From: an uncultured Clostridia bacterium
GTDB taxonomy: Bacteria > Bacillota > Clostridia > Oscillospirales > CAG-272
NCBI GenBank assembly: GCA_944384585.1
Contig: CALWTY010000001.1
Span: 19,849 to 83,848 of the forward strand
Length of the DNA stretch: 64,000 nt
Reading direction: 5' to 3'
Position 1 is the stretch's first letter. The number at the start of each line of letters is the position of its first letter. Under the pieces are notes generated by a model, which was given only the letters and a program-made list of their open reading frames with translations, had not been told where the DNA came from and did not search any database. This document shows positions 16,078 to 25,949 of the stretch, in pieces. Position numbers and translations under genes: made by a program.

Positions 16078-17679
16078 TTACGGAATCTGCGTCAGTTTTT
16101 TATCGTCGTAGACAACAGGATATGTCTTCTCAAGCTCTTTGAGCTCCTCTTCGTACTGCTCGCTCTTCAATCCGTTCTCGGAATTGACCTTCCAGGCCTG
16201 CCGTCCTTCCCCGACATAGAACATGATATGCGCGCCGTAGGAGGTCTGAACGATCTCGACATCGCCGGTCTTTCTGTCCTCGTCATAGATCCAGTCGTTG
16301 AATTCCTCGTCCATCTGATCCTTGATGACATCCTCATAAATGCCTCCGTCCTCGGCGTTTCCGTCCTCCGAGTACTTCTTCGCAAGCTCCGCGAAGGCAT
16401 CCTCGGTCATTTCGCCCTTCTTGTACTCCGCCAGAATCTTCTCCGCCTCAGCCTTTGCCTTGTCCTTCGATCCGTAGGTCGAGGTAGAGAAGAGGATATG
16501 TCTGACGTTCTGGGTCATATACTCGTCCTTGTATGCCGGCTTCTGAAGCAGGTATACGGTATAGCCGGTGGCGTTATCCTTGGAGTCTTTTCTCTCGATG
16601 ATGGTCTTGTCGCCCTCTTTTCTCTCGTCCTTGAACGCCCATGCCGAGAATTCATCGTCCTTGGAGTAGCGTCCGCCCTCGGTGACAAAGCTCTCGGAGT
16701 AGTCCTTCTCGGAGGAAGAGGAGCTGCCGGTTCCGCTCTCGGAATCCGCCTTCTTCTCGTCCTTGTCCTCTTCCTTCTTGGCCTTTTCCATCTCGTTGAT
16801 CAGCTCGCGGAAGGTCTTGTCATCGGTGATCTTCTCCAGCAGAGCCTCCGCCTTTCTCTTGGCCTCGGCCAGCGCTTCCTTCTTTTCGGCGTCGGAGGCG
16901 TCCTGATCGTACTCGGCGTTGAAGGTGTAATAGATATAGTCGAACTTGTAGAACTGATCGGGATTGTCCTCAACATACTTCTCGATCTCCTTTTCGGTAT
17001 ACTCATAGGATTCGAGAAGGTCGGTGTAATATTTCGACGCGAGGTACTGAAGCTCCAGGCATCTTCTGACCGCCGATTCGGTCACGCCGCTGACGTAGCT
17101 GGCGGCAAGATACTTGTTGACGCTGGGGTATCCGTTGGCCTTGGCGGAGGAGGCAATCGACGCCATCGTTTCGTCAATCGCCTTAAGCTCCTTTTCATCG
17201 AGCTTGTATTCCTTCTTCTGCGCCTCGGAGGCGAGTGCCACCAGCTCGTTGACCTGCGCCTTTGCGCTGTTCATAAAGTAAACGTACCAGCTTGTCGTTC
17301 CGCCCGCCATCGTCTGATTCTTGAGCGGCTTGTTGGGATCCAGCCCGTACATACTCAGATAGTAGTAGTTCTGCTGCACGAAGCTCTGATACTGCGAATA
17401 CATGAAATACGCCATCATGGAATTGTCGATCTCATATTCCCCCGAGGTTGCCGAGACCGTCGACTCCAGCTTCGGTGTCTTGTTCAGCGTCACCACCACA
17501 ATCGCCACGATCAGACCGACCAGAATGACGATCGACGCTGCCATCGTGATGTACCGCTTGGTTCTTTCCTTTTGTTCCTGCTGCCTGATAAGCTGCTTTC
17601 TTGAGAGCTTGACTCCGGAATCGGCGCTTGCCTGATTTTCCGTAATTCTCAGCTCCCTGTTACGGCTTCCCTTGCCCAT
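16078..17679 (-). CDS. membrane-anchored PpiC/parvulin-type peptidyl-prolyl isomerase (PrsA/SurA-like)
   Basis: N-terminal TM (AASIVILVGLIVAIVVVTL) and C-terminal parvulin domain (VRHILF...GGIYEDV...FNDWIYD...SYGAHIMFY). Start set at the internal ATG at MGKGSRN. Confidence 0.8.
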   Translation of the reverse strand: MGKGSRNRELRITENQASADSGVKLSRKQLIRQQEQKERTKRYITMAASIVILVGLIVAIVVVTLNKTPKLESTVSATSGEYEIDNSMMAYFMYSQYQSFVQQNYYYLSMYGLDPNKPLKNQTMAGGTTSWYVYFMNSAKAQVNELVALASEAQKKEYKLDEKELKAIDETMASIASSAKANGYPSVNKYLAASYVSGVTESAVRRCLELQYLASKYYTDLLESYEYTEKEIEKYVEDNPDQFYKFDYIYYTFNAEYDQDASDAEKKEALAEAKRKAEALLEKITDDKTFRELINEMEKAKKEEDKDEKKADSESGTGSSSSSEKDYSESFVTEGGRYSKDDEFSAWAFKDERKEGDKTIIERKDSKDNATGYTVYLLQKPAYKDEYMTQNVRHILFSTSTYGSKDKAKAEAEKILAEYKKGEMTEDAFAELAKKYSEDGNAEDGGIYEDVIKDQMDEEFNDWIYDEDRKTGDVEIVQTSYGAHIMFYVGEGRQAWKVNSENGLKSEQYEEELKELEKTYPVVYDDKKLTQIP

Positions 17680-18075
17680 AATTGATACTCCGTTCTCCGG
17701 CGAAAAAATTATAATGTATGGATTCCTGCCGCCACATTCGTCGGCCTGCGGCAAAAAAGTATGCGCCACAGATCCGCTCCGCCGGCGCATCGGCTGAAGA
17801 ATCAGCCGTCAAACAGTAATATCATATCACATAAATCGGGATTCGTCAATACATAAATCCCCCGTTTCTCATTCAGATATCACAAAATTAAACTTACGCC
17901 AACACTTTATTTACCTTTTTTTCATATAATCCGCCGCTGACGACGGCAGGGCAAGGGCATGGCGGAGGCAAAGAAGAGGAAATCCCGCCCGCAGCGCATT
18001 TTGATATGGACAAGCGGCGGAATCTGTGGTATAATGACAGAATACAGTAAACTGCCGCAATCGGGAGGGCTTGCC

Positions 18076-18696
18076 TTGAAAATTTACAAATACACCGTCG
18101 GCGCGATGGGAACGAACTGCTATCTTGCCGTCGACGAGGAGAGCAGGGAGACGCTGGTCGTCGATCCCGGCGGGGAAGCCGAGCGGCTTCGCGATGCGAT
18201 TCTGAGCAAGGAGCTGCGTCCGGTCGCCCTGCTGCTGACCCACGCACATTTCGACCATCTGCTTGCCCTTCAGCCTCTGAGGGACTGCTTCCGACTGCCC
18301 CTTCTGCTCCACCGGGAGGATGCGCCGCTCCTCAGCGATCCCGACCGGAACCTGATGCGGCGCTTTTCGGGGGAGGACACGCCTCCCGCGCCTGCCGACC
18401 GCCTGCTCGGGGAGGGCGATACCGTAGCCTTCGGCGGCTGCTCCTTCCGCATCCTGCACACGCCGGGGCATACGCCGGGCTCGATCTGTCTGCTGTCGGA
18501 GGACACCCTGCTCAGCGGGGACACCCTCTTCCGCGAAAGCATCGGGCGATATGATTTTCCGGGCGGCGACTACGACGCGCTGATGCGCTCCCTCGAACGG
18601 CTGAAGGCGCTGCCCGCCGATTACCGGGTGCTGCCGGGGCACGGCCCTTCCACCCGGCTCCAATACGAAAAGGAACACAATCTCTATCTTCAATAA
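18076..18696 (+). CDS. MBL-fold metallo-hydrolase
   Basis: THAHFDH and HTPGHTPGS motifs. TTG start 6 nt after GGGAGGG. A TTGATA...TGgTATAAT promoter-like element lies upstream. Confidence 0.85.
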   Translation: MKIYKYTVGAMGTNCYLAVDEESRETLVVDPGGEAERLRDAILSKELRPVALLLTHAHFDHLLALQPLRDCFRLPLLLHREDAPLLSDPDRNLMRRFSGEDTPPAPADRLLGEGDTVAFGGCSFRILHTPGHTPGSICLLSEDTLLSGDTLFRESIGRYDFPGGDYDALMRSLERLKALPADYRVLPGHGPSTRLQYEKEHNLYLQ

Positions 18697-18714
18697 CCGA
18701 AAGGACGGCTGAAT

Positions 18715-20394
18715 ATGGACTGCAATAAGCTGGCAGAGCTGCTCTTCCCGAATATAACCGAAACGCCGGAGGAGCTGGAAACCCGATATCCCCCACGCGA
18801 TCTCCCGGAGGGCGCGAAGGTGACGCGCTTCGCCCCCAGCCCCACCGGATTCGTCCACTTCGGAGGGCTTTTCCCTTCCATGACCGGAGAGCGCCTTGCC
18901 CATCGGTCGGGAGGCGTCTTCTACCTCCGCATCGAAGATACCGACGCTAAACGGGAAGTCCCCGGCGCCGCGGAGGGGCTGATCCGCACGCTGGCGCGCT
19001 ACGGCGTCCGCTTTGACGAGGGCGCGGTCATCGGAGACGACGGCAGGATCACCGACCGCGGCAGCTACGGTCCCTACCGACAGAGCGCCCGCGCATCCCT
19101 CTATCATGTCTACGCCAAAAAGCTCGTCGCGGAGGGCAAGGCCTATCCCGTCTTCACCACCGACGAGGAGCTGGACCGCCTGAACGCCGCCGACCGCAAA
19201 GCCGAGCTGCAGAGCAAGATCAGAACCGAGGAGGCTGCCGCCGCACAACGGGAGGAGATGCTCTCTCACCGCCGCTTCACCCTCGAGGAGGTCGAGGCGC
19301 ATCTGCGGCACGGCGATCCCTTCGTGCTTCGCATCCTCTCGGACGGAGACGGGAAAAAGACCGTCAAAGCCACCGATCTTGTGCGGGGAACGCTGGAATT
19401 CCCGGAAAACGACGAGGATTTCGTGCTGCTCAAATCCGACGGTATTCCCACCTATCATTTCGCGCACGCCGTCGACGATCACCTGATGAGAACGACCCAC
19501 GTCATCCGCGGGGAGGAGTGGCTCCCCAGCCTGCCGAAGCATCTTCAGCTCTTCCGTTATCTCGGCTTCCGCCCCCCGAAATATATGCATATCGCGCAGA
19601 TCATGCGGATCGACGAGAACGGCAACAAAAAGAAACTCTCCAAGCGCGACATGGGCGCGAACATGGATGACTACACCCGCATGGGCTACTGCCCGGAGGC
19701 GGTCTGCGAGTATGTCATGACCCTGCTCAACTCCAACTACGAGGAGTGGCATATGCAGAACCCCGACAAACCCTATACCGACTTCCCCTTCGATATCAAA
19801 AAAATGGCGGTCTCCGGCTGTCTCTTCGATTTCGTCAAACTGAACGACGTGTCAAAGAACGTGCTGTCCCGCATGACCGCCGGACAGGTCTTCGACGGGC
19901 TGACCGCCTGGGCGGCGGAGTTTGATCCCGAATTCCACGAAGAGCTGACCGCCGATCCCGCCTACGCAATGGCGATCCTCTCGATCGGACGGGGCGGAAA
20001 GAAGCCGAGGAAGGATCTCGCCGTCTGGGCCGATGCAAAGCCCTATATGTCCTTCTTCTACGACCGTTTCTTTTCCGTCACCGATCCCATTCCCGACCGC
20101 TTCGACAAGGCGGATATCGACGCGGTTCTCACCGCCTTCCTCGCCTCCTACGACGAGAAGGACGACGCGGCGGTCTGGTTCGACAAGGTCAAGAAAATCG
20201 CCGCCTCCCTCGGCTTCGCCGCCGACATGAAAGAATACAAGGCCGATCCCGACGCTTATAAAGGAAGCATCGCGGACGTTTCGATGTTCCTGCGGGTGGC
20301 GGTCACCGGCAAGACCAACTCCCCCGATCTCTATACCGTTATGCAGCTCCTCGGAGCGGCGCGCACGACCGCCAGAATCCGCGCCATGCTGTAA
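18715..20394 (+). CDS. gltX: glutamate-tRNA ligase
   Basis: RFAPSPTGFVHFGG (HIGH region), KLSKRD (KMSKS region) and HVIRGEEWL. Confidence 0.9.
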   Translation: MDCNKLAELLFPNITETPEELETRYPPRDLPEGAKVTRFAPSPTGFVHFGGLFPSMTGERLAHRSGGVFYLRIEDTDAKREVPGAAEGLIRTLARYGVRFDEGAVIGDDGRITDRGSYGPYRQSARASLYHVYAKKLVAEGKAYPVFTTDEELDRLNAADRKAELQSKIRTEEAAAAQREEMLSHRRFTLEEVEAHLRHGDPFVLRILSDGDGKKTVKATDLVRGTLEFPENDEDFVLLKSDGIPTYHFAHAVDDHLMRTTHVIRGEEWLPSLPKHLQLFRYLGFRPPKYMHIAQIMRIDENGNKKKLSKRDMGANMDDYTRMGYCPEAVCEYVMTLLNSNYEEWHMQNPDKPYTDFPFDIKKMAVSGCLFDFVKLNDVSKNVLSRMTAGQVFDGLTAWAAEFDPEFHEELTADPAYAMAILSIGRGGKKPRKDLAVWADAKPYMSFFYDRFFSVTDPIPDRFDKADIDAVLTAFLASYDEKDDAAVWFDKVKKIAASLGFAADMKEYKADPDAYKGSIADVSMFLRVAVTGKTNSPDLYTVMQLLGAARTTARIRAML

Positions 20395-20418
20395 CGACTC
20401 AAGGAAAGGAACCCTTAC

Positions 20419-22086
20419 ATGGAAGACAATACCTTTAAAACCGACTCCAATTTCATCCACGAAATCATCGACAAGGACCGCGCGGACGGCTACTGCGTAC
20501 CGGTCCATACCCGCTTCCCCCCGGAGCCCAACGGCTATCTCCACATCGGCTCCGCCAAGGCGATCTATATCAACTACTCCACCGCGCAAAAATACGGAGG
20601 CCTCTTCAATCTCCGCTTCGACGACACCAACCCCGCCAAGGAGGACACCGAGTACGTCGATTCGATCTACCGCGATCTGCTGTGGCTCGGCGCCGTCCCC
20701 AACGGAGGCGTCTACTACGGCTCGGATTATTTTGACCGGTGCTATGAATTCGCGGTCAAGCTCATCCGGGAAGGAAAGGCCTACGTCTGCGATCTCACCG
20801 CCGAGCAGATGCGGGAGTACCGCGGCACGCTGACAGAGCCGGGGCGCAACAGCCCCTACCGCGACCGCAGCGTGGAGGAGAATCTCTCCCTCTTCGAACG
20901 GATGCGCCGGGGAGAATTCCCCGACGGAAGCCGCACCCTCCGCGCCAAAATCGACATGGCCTCCCCCAACATGAACCTCCGCGATCCCGCCATTTACCGC
21001 ATCGTCCATACCTCCCATCATCGGCAGGGGGACAAATGGTGCGTCTATCCCCTCTACGATTTCGCCCATCCCATTCAGGACGCGCTGGAGGGCATCACCT
21101 ATTCCCTCTGCTCCATCGAATTCGAGAATCACCGCCCGCTTTACGACTGGGTGGTGGAAAACGTCGGTCCCTTCGAGCCCCGCCCGAAGCAGCGGGAATT
21201 CGCCCGTCTCAACGTCACCTACACCGTCATGAGCAAGCGCTATCTGCGGAAGCTGGTGGAGGAGCAGCTGGTCGACGGCTGGGATGATCCCCGTATGCCG
21301 ACGATCTGCGGCCTTCGCCGCCGCGGCTTCACCCCTGCCTCCATCTTCGAGTTCGTCCGCCGCGCAGGCGTTGCCAAGGCCTACAGCATCGTCGATATCG
21401 AGCTGCTTGACTACTGCATCCGTGACGAGCTGAACCGCACCGCCCCGCGCCGCATCGCCGTTCTCGATCCCATCAAGGTGGTCATCACGAATTATCCCGA
21501 GGACAAGACGGAGTATTTCCCCGTCAGCAACAATCCGAACGACGAAACGGCGGGGACAAGGGAGCTTCCCTTCACGCGGGAGTTGTATATCGACCGCGAG
21601 GACTTCGCGGAAGTGCCGCCTCCCAAGTTCTTCCGTCTCAAGCCCGACGGAGAGGTCCGGCTGATGGGCGCTTACATCATCCGTCTGAACGAGATCGTCC
21701 GGGACGGTGAGGGACGTCCGATCGAGCTGCGCTGCACCGCCGATCTTGAAACCGGGAACGGAGCCCCCGCCGACGGGCGGAAAATCAAGGGCACGATTCA
21801 CTGGCTCTCCGCCGCCCATTCCGCTCCCGCGACGGTCATGCTCTACGACAAGCTCTTCACCATCGCCAACACCGCCGAAATCCCCGCCGACAAGACCTAT
21901 GACGACTATCTCAACCGCGACTCGGTCAGAAAGCTGGAAAACTGCCGGATCGAACCGTCGCTGACCGCCGCCGAGCCGGGCGAGCGCTTCCAGTTTGTCC
22001 GCACCGGCTACTTTACCCCCGACTCCCGGAATCCCGGCGTCTTCATCCGCACCGTCACCCTCAAGGACAGCTACAAGCCGCAGTAA
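20419..22086 (+). CDS. glnS: glutamine-tRNA ligase
   Basis: RFPPEPNGYLHIGSAKA, YPLYDFAH and TVMSKR motifs. 555 aa. Confidence 0.95.
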   Translation: MEDNTFKTDSNFIHEIIDKDRADGYCVPVHTRFPPEPNGYLHIGSAKAIYINYSTAQKYGGLFNLRFDDTNPAKEDTEYVDSIYRDLLWLGAVPNGGVYYGSDYFDRCYEFAVKLIREGKAYVCDLTAEQMREYRGTLTEPGRNSPYRDRSVEENLSLFERMRRGEFPDGSRTLRAKIDMASPNMNLRDPAIYRIVHTSHHRQGDKWCVYPLYDFAHPIQDALEGITYSLCSIEFENHRPLYDWVVENVGPFEPRPKQREFARLNVTYTVMSKRYLRKLVEEQLVDGWDDPRMPTICGLRRRGFTPASIFEFVRRAGVAKAYSIVDIELLDYCIRDELNRTAPRRIAVLDPIKVVITNYPEDKTEYFPVSNNPNDETAGTRELPFTRELYIDREDFAEVPPPKFFRLKPDGEVRLMGAYIIRLNEIVRDGEGRPIELRCTADLETGNGAPADGRKIKGTIHWLSAAHSAPATVMLYDKLFTIANTAEIPADKTYDDYLNRDSVRKLENCRIEPSLTAAEPGERFQFVRTGYFTPDSRNPGVFIRTVTLKDSYKPQ

Positions 22087-22093
22087 TAAGTTA

Positions 22094-22123
22094 CCGCCTC
22101 CCGGATACGGGAGGCGGTTTTTT
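22094..22123 (+). terminator. rho-independent terminator after glnS
   Basis: CCGCCTCCC-ggatac-GGGAGGCGG followed by TTTTTT. Confidence 0.85.
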
Positions 22124-22316
22124 ACCGACGGGCGGCGGAGAGGAGGCTTGGCGGAGCGTCCGGTGAGGGTTCGGGGATGCGGGTTGCCCGACTGAGTCAT
22201 TTGACGGACAAACCGCAGCCTCCCGATCGGAGACGGGGCGGTTTTTCCCCTTTCTGCCGCCCCGCGGCTTCTGTCGGATTCTCAACAAAAAATTTACATT
22301 TCGAAAGAAAAACCCC

Positions 22317-22344
22317 TTGCTTTTTCCGATTTATATGGTATAAT
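22317..22344 (+). promoter_or_regulatory. extended -10 promoter upstream of acpP
   Basis: TTGCTT (22317-22322), 16-nt spacer, TGgTATAAT (TATAAT at 22339-22344). Confidence 0.5.
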
Positions 22345-22433
22345 CATTTATGTTCATTTTTCAGAATAAGATTCCTGCCGTCGACGACGGTTTCAGGGGA
22401 AAGGTTAAAGGGCATTTGCCGAAAATCAAAGCT

Positions 22434-22658
22434 ATGTACGACAAGGTTGTTGAAATTATTGCACATCAACTTCAGATTGATACCGATATCATCGATGAAC
22501 ACACCAAAATCATGGAGGATCTCGGAGCGGATTCCCTCGACGTGGTTGAGATGCTGATGACAATGGAGGATAAGTTCGGTCTTACCATTCCCGACGAGGA
22601 TATCGAAGAGCTCGTAACCGTCAGCGACATCGTGGAGTATGTCGAAAGCAATATGTAA
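22434..22658 (+). CDS. acpP: acyl carrier protein
   Basis: LGADSLDVVEMLMTMEDKFG phosphopantetheine-site motif. 74 aa from the internal ATG at MYDKVV. Confidence 0.85.
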   Translation: MYDKVVEIIAHQLQIDTDIIDEHTKIMEDLGADSLDVVEMLMTMEDKFGLTIPDEDIEELVTVSDIVEYVESNM

Positions 22659-22719
22659 TTCCCTTCCGGGCTGCAGTTCCCTGCCGCCCGTTTTTCTTTT
22701 TCTCCGGTTCCCTTCTCTC

Positions 22720-22760
22720 AAAAAAACAGACCCGAGGGTTTTTCCCCCGGGTTTGTTTTC
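22720..22760. terminator. bidirectional terminator between acpP and ferredoxin
   Basis: A-run, then CAGACCCGAGGG-tttttc-CCCCGGGTTTG, then a T-run. Confidence 0.6.
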
Positions 22761-22761
22761 G

Positions 22762-22932
22762 TTATTCCTGAGCAGGTGCTCCGACAGGACATACGGAAGC
22801 GCAGGAGCCGCACTCGATGCATTCGTCCGCATTGATCACATACTTGCCGTCCTTCTCGGCAATGCAGCTCACAGGGCACTCGTCGGCGCAGGCGCCGCAG
22901 GCGATGCACTCGTCACTGATCTTATATGCCAT
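22762..22932 (-). CDS. 2[4Fe-4S] clostridial-type ferredoxin
   Basis: Two CxxCxxCxxxCP motifs (CIACGACADECP, CIECGSCASVCP). 56 aa from MAYKISD. Confidence 0.9.
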   Translation of the reverse strand: MAYKISDECIACGACADECPVSCIAEKDGKYVINADECIECGSCASVCPVGAPAQE

Positions 22933-23025
22933 TGCAGTCAACCAATCCTTTCCCATAATCTATACTCGCATTATAGCACAATTTTTCCGATAAATCAACG
23001 GTTTTTGAAAAAAACCAAAGATTTG

Positions 23026-24291
23026 TTAGTTTTCCTCAAGCTTTTTCAGCTCCTCCGTTTCGGAAGGAGCAGGCTCCCCGCCCTTGCGCTTTCCCTTGGC
23101 ATAGCCCTTGATCTTCAGATCGTCCCGATGATAGAGCTGAACCGTCGCGGGATTCTTGGAAAGGGAGACCTTGCAAAGTCCCGCCAGCGGGCTGACCTCC
23201 ACGACCACGCCGTCCCCGTCGGGGGTGGCGACAATGGTATCGACCTTCGGGGTCTTGGCGATCTCCTCGGTATAGGTCTCGTATTCGTAGCGCAGGCAGC
23301 ACATCAGCCGCCCGCAGGCTCCCGATATCTTGGAGGAATTGAGCGACAGGCTCTGCTCCTTCGCCATCTTGATCGAAACCTGCACGAAATCCGAAAGGAA
23401 GCTGGCGCAGCAGAAGGGACGCCCGCAGACGCCGAGCCCTCCCATCAGCTTCGCTTCATCCCGGATACCGATCTGCCGCAGCTCGATGCGGGTTCTGAAG
23501 GCAGACGCCAGATCCTTGACCAGCTCGCGGAAATCCACCCGTCCCTCCGCCGTAAAGTAGAAGAGGAGTTTGGTATTGTCAAAGGTATATTCAACATCGA
23601 CCAGCTTCATCTCCAGCCGGTGCGCCTCGATCCTGGAGAGGCAGAGGTTATATGCCTCGACCTCCTTTTCCAGATTCGCCTCGTGCCGCTTTTCATCCTC
23701 CTCCGTCGCGGCGCGGATCACCTTCCGAAGCGGCAGAACGATGTCCTTGGAGGAGACGACCCGGTTCGCCATCGTGACGAAGCCGTACTCGATCCCCCGC
23801 GCGGTATCGACGATAACGTGGGCGCCCCGTCCGAAGGCCATGCCGACGGGATCGAAATAATAGACCTTGCCGTTCTGCTTGAAGCGAACGCCGATCACCT
23901 CATAGGATACGCCGGGCGTTTCCTCGACCGCCTCTTCTGCCTCGGCAGGAGAAGGCTCGCTCTGCTTCTGCGGCCTGCTCCGCGGCTTTCCGGAAGCGGA
24001 AAGCTCTCCCCCGGCGGGCGGGAGGGTCTCCCCGTCGGCCTGCCGGCGGGCTTTCTGCCGGCGGCGATTGGAGGAGCGCTTCGGCTTCGGCTCTTTTTCG
24101 CCCTGCCTTGCCTCCGTCCTCGGCGCTTTGTCCTCCCGGTGACTCTCCCGGTCGGGCAGATTCCCCTCCCTTTCGGAACGGCGGGGCTCCCGCTCTGCGC
24201 GGCGGGGCTCTTTTGCCGCTCTCTGTCCTTTTTCGGGGGAACGCCTCTCCTCCGGCTGCTTTTTCTGTTTATTGTTGTTCTCTGTATCCAT
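23026..24291 (-). CDS. yaaT: PSP1-domain stage 0 sporulation protein YaaT/RicT with long basic N-terminal extension
   Basis: VIGVRFKQNGKVYYFDP...GVCGRPFCCASFL...ACGRLMCCLRYE core. Conserved position after holB. Confidence 0.85.
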   Translation of the reverse strand: MDTENNNKQKKQPEERRSPEKGQRAAKEPRRAEREPRRSEREGNLPDRESHREDKAPRTEARQGEKEPKPKRSSNRRRQKARRQADGETLPPAGGELSASGKPRSRPQKQSEPSPAEAEEAVEETPGVSYEVIGVRFKQNGKVYYFDPVGMAFGRGAHVIVDTARGIEYGFVTMANRVVSSKDIVLPLRKVIRAATEEDEKRHEANLEKEVEAYNLCLSRIEAHRLEMKLVDVEYTFDNTKLLFYFTAEGRVDFRELVKDLASAFRTRIELRQIGIRDEAKLMGGLGVCGRPFCCASFLSDFVQVSIKMAKEQSLSLNSSKISGACGRLMCCLRYEYETYTEEIAKTPKVDTIVATPDGDGVVVEVSPLAGLCKVSLSKNPATVQLYHRDDLKIKGYAKGKRKGGEPAPSETEELKKLEEN

Positions 24292-24356
24292 TCTGTTCTA
24301 TCCGTTTCTCCGGCGCGTTCCCGCCGCTTCAGGCACAATCCGGGCCTGCGGCTTCC

Positions 24357-25397
24357 TCATGGCCGGCATGATTTGACATTCCACATCCGATCGGCAAAAT
24401 AAACCGCCGCCGTCTGCAAATTCACATTGGTATCCCCGATCCGCTCTTCCGCCTCCGAAAGCACATCAGCAAGATCAAGCAGCCCCTTCAGCGTAAAGGG
24501 GGCAGCAGCCGCGCGGGCGGCGGAGGTCCCGGTATAAAAGAGCAGCGGGAAATCTCCCTTCAGCTTTTTCGCCGCCGTCATGTCCCGCACCGCCGAGAGC
24601 ATCAGCCCGAGCAGCGCGACAAAGCTTTCCCGCCCCGTCGCCGCCTCCGGCAGCGCCGTCAGAAAATCGCCCCGGCTCCCCCCCGACAGCAGTCCGATCA
24701 TACGGGAGGCGGAGGAGATGGCGGCAAATTCCCTGCGGTCAGCCGATCCGATCAGGCGCTGCGCCTCCCCCCAGCTTCCCTCCGACAGACGGAGGATCTG
24801 CCCGAAAGCATCGGGATCGGAGGCATTAAGCGCCGCCGCTTCCCGGCTCTTCCCGAGAAGCAGCTCCTTCAGCCGCGCAGTCGGGAACAGCTCGGTGCGC
24901 AGCTCCGGCGCGCGGGAGCGGACGGTCGGGAGAAGCCCTGCGGACGAGCTGCAGAGCAGGAAGAAATACACCCCCTTGGGCGGCTCTTCAAAGAGCTTGA
25001 GCAGGGCGTTCTGCGCCTGCACCGTCATGGATTCGGCGCTTTGGATCAGAAAGACCTTGACCTCCAGCTCGTTCGGTGCGATATAGGCCGATTCCCGGAT
25101 CCCCCTGACCGCATCGACCCCGAGGGTCTTTCTGTCCTTGGGCGGCGCAACGGTGATCACGTCGGGGCAGACCCCCTCTGCGATCTTGCGGCAGGGCTCG
25201 CAGGCGAGACAGGGCTTTGCGCTTCCCCGACAGGCCAGCGACATCGCCGCGAGACGGGCAAAGGTCGTCTTTCCGCTCCCTTTTTTGCCGCTGAAGATGA
25301 GGGCATGGGGGAAAGCACCCCGCCCGGTAAAGCCGGCAAGCGCTCCTTTGATCGTCTCGTTTCCCAGAATGCCGTCGTAAGCGGCGGTATTGACCAT
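24357..25397 (-). CDS. holB: DNA polymerase III delta-prime subunit
   Basis: HALIFSGKKGSGKTT Walker-like motif, a zinc module with CLACEPCRKI, and LLKLFEEPP. Confidence 0.85.
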   Translation of the reverse strand: MVNTAAYDGILGNETIKGALAGFTGRGAFPHALIFSGKKGSGKTTFARLAAMSLACRGSAKPCLACEPCRKIAEGVCPDVITVAPPKDRKTLGVDAVRGIRESAYIAPNELEVKVFLIQSAESMTVQAQNALLKLFEEPPKGVYFFLLCSSSAGLLPTVRSRAPELRTELFPTARLKELLLGKSREAAALNASDPDAFGQILRLSEGSWGEAQRLIGSADRREFAAISSASRMIGLLSGGSRGDFLTALPEAATGRESFVALLGLMLSAVRDMTAAKKLKGDFPLLFYTGTSAARAAAAPFTLKGLLDLADVLSEAEERIGDTNVNLQTAAVYFADRMWNVKSCRP

Positions 25398-25720
25398 CAG
25401 AGATGCCTGCAGTCTTCCACGTTCAGGACGAACACCGTCGCGCCTCCGACGGTGACCGTCTCAGCGGGCTGTGAAAAGCCCGTCCCGTTGTTTTTCATGT
25501 CAAACGGAACCTTCTGCACCCGTTTCTTTGAGTTGTTCCGGATAATCTCGATGACACGGTCGACCTCGTCGTCCTTCACGCCCATGAGGAAGGTGGAGTT
25601 TCCGCTCATGAGAAAGCCGCCGGTAGAGGAGATTTTGGTTACGAAAAAGCCGGCTTTGCTCAAGCTGGAGTTGACAAAATGAGCGTCGTCGTTATTGACG
25701 ATGGCAAGAATAAGCTTCAT
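25397..25720 (-). CDS. YaaQ/DarA-like cyclic-di-AMP receptor (PII-like, DUF970)
   Basis: MKLILAIVNNDDA...FVTKISSTGGFL..GNSTFLMGV pattern. Conserved position upstream of holB. Confidence 0.75.
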   Translation of the reverse strand: MKLILAIVNNDDAHFVNSSLSKAGFFVTKISSTGGFLMSGNSTFLMGVKDDEVDRVIEIIRNNSKKRVQKVPFDMKNNGTGFSQPAETVTVGGATVFVLNVEDCRHL

Positions 25721-25949
25721 ATCGGATTCCCGCCTTTGCATGACAAAGGCTTCCTTTCTTCGGTGTTCGGCACAGCCCCGGTCTTTTTCCTCCGACATCG
25801 GAAAAACCACGCGGCGCGTCGTTTAAATTCCCGGAAGCTGCGCAGACTAAAGGGGATGAGTTTCCCTTGATCCTATCGGAAATTATATCAGAAAAACGGA
25901 GAAATGTAAAGACATTTCAGCCGAAATCTTCCGGAAAGGCGGCAACCAG

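Noticed and set aside
18697-20418. T-box leaders upstream of gltX and glnS.
   Set aside because: The gaps before gltX (18 nt) and glnS (24 nt) are too short for any leader RNA. The genes appear to be co-transcribed with the upstream MBL-hydrolase gene.
22434-22932. A stand-alone acpP convergent with a ferredoxin gene, as part of a specialised lipid or polyketide system.
   Set aside because: No ketosynthase, acyltransferase, PPTase or other partner genes are adjacent. Isolated acpP genes with their own promoter are common, so I treat this as ordinary.
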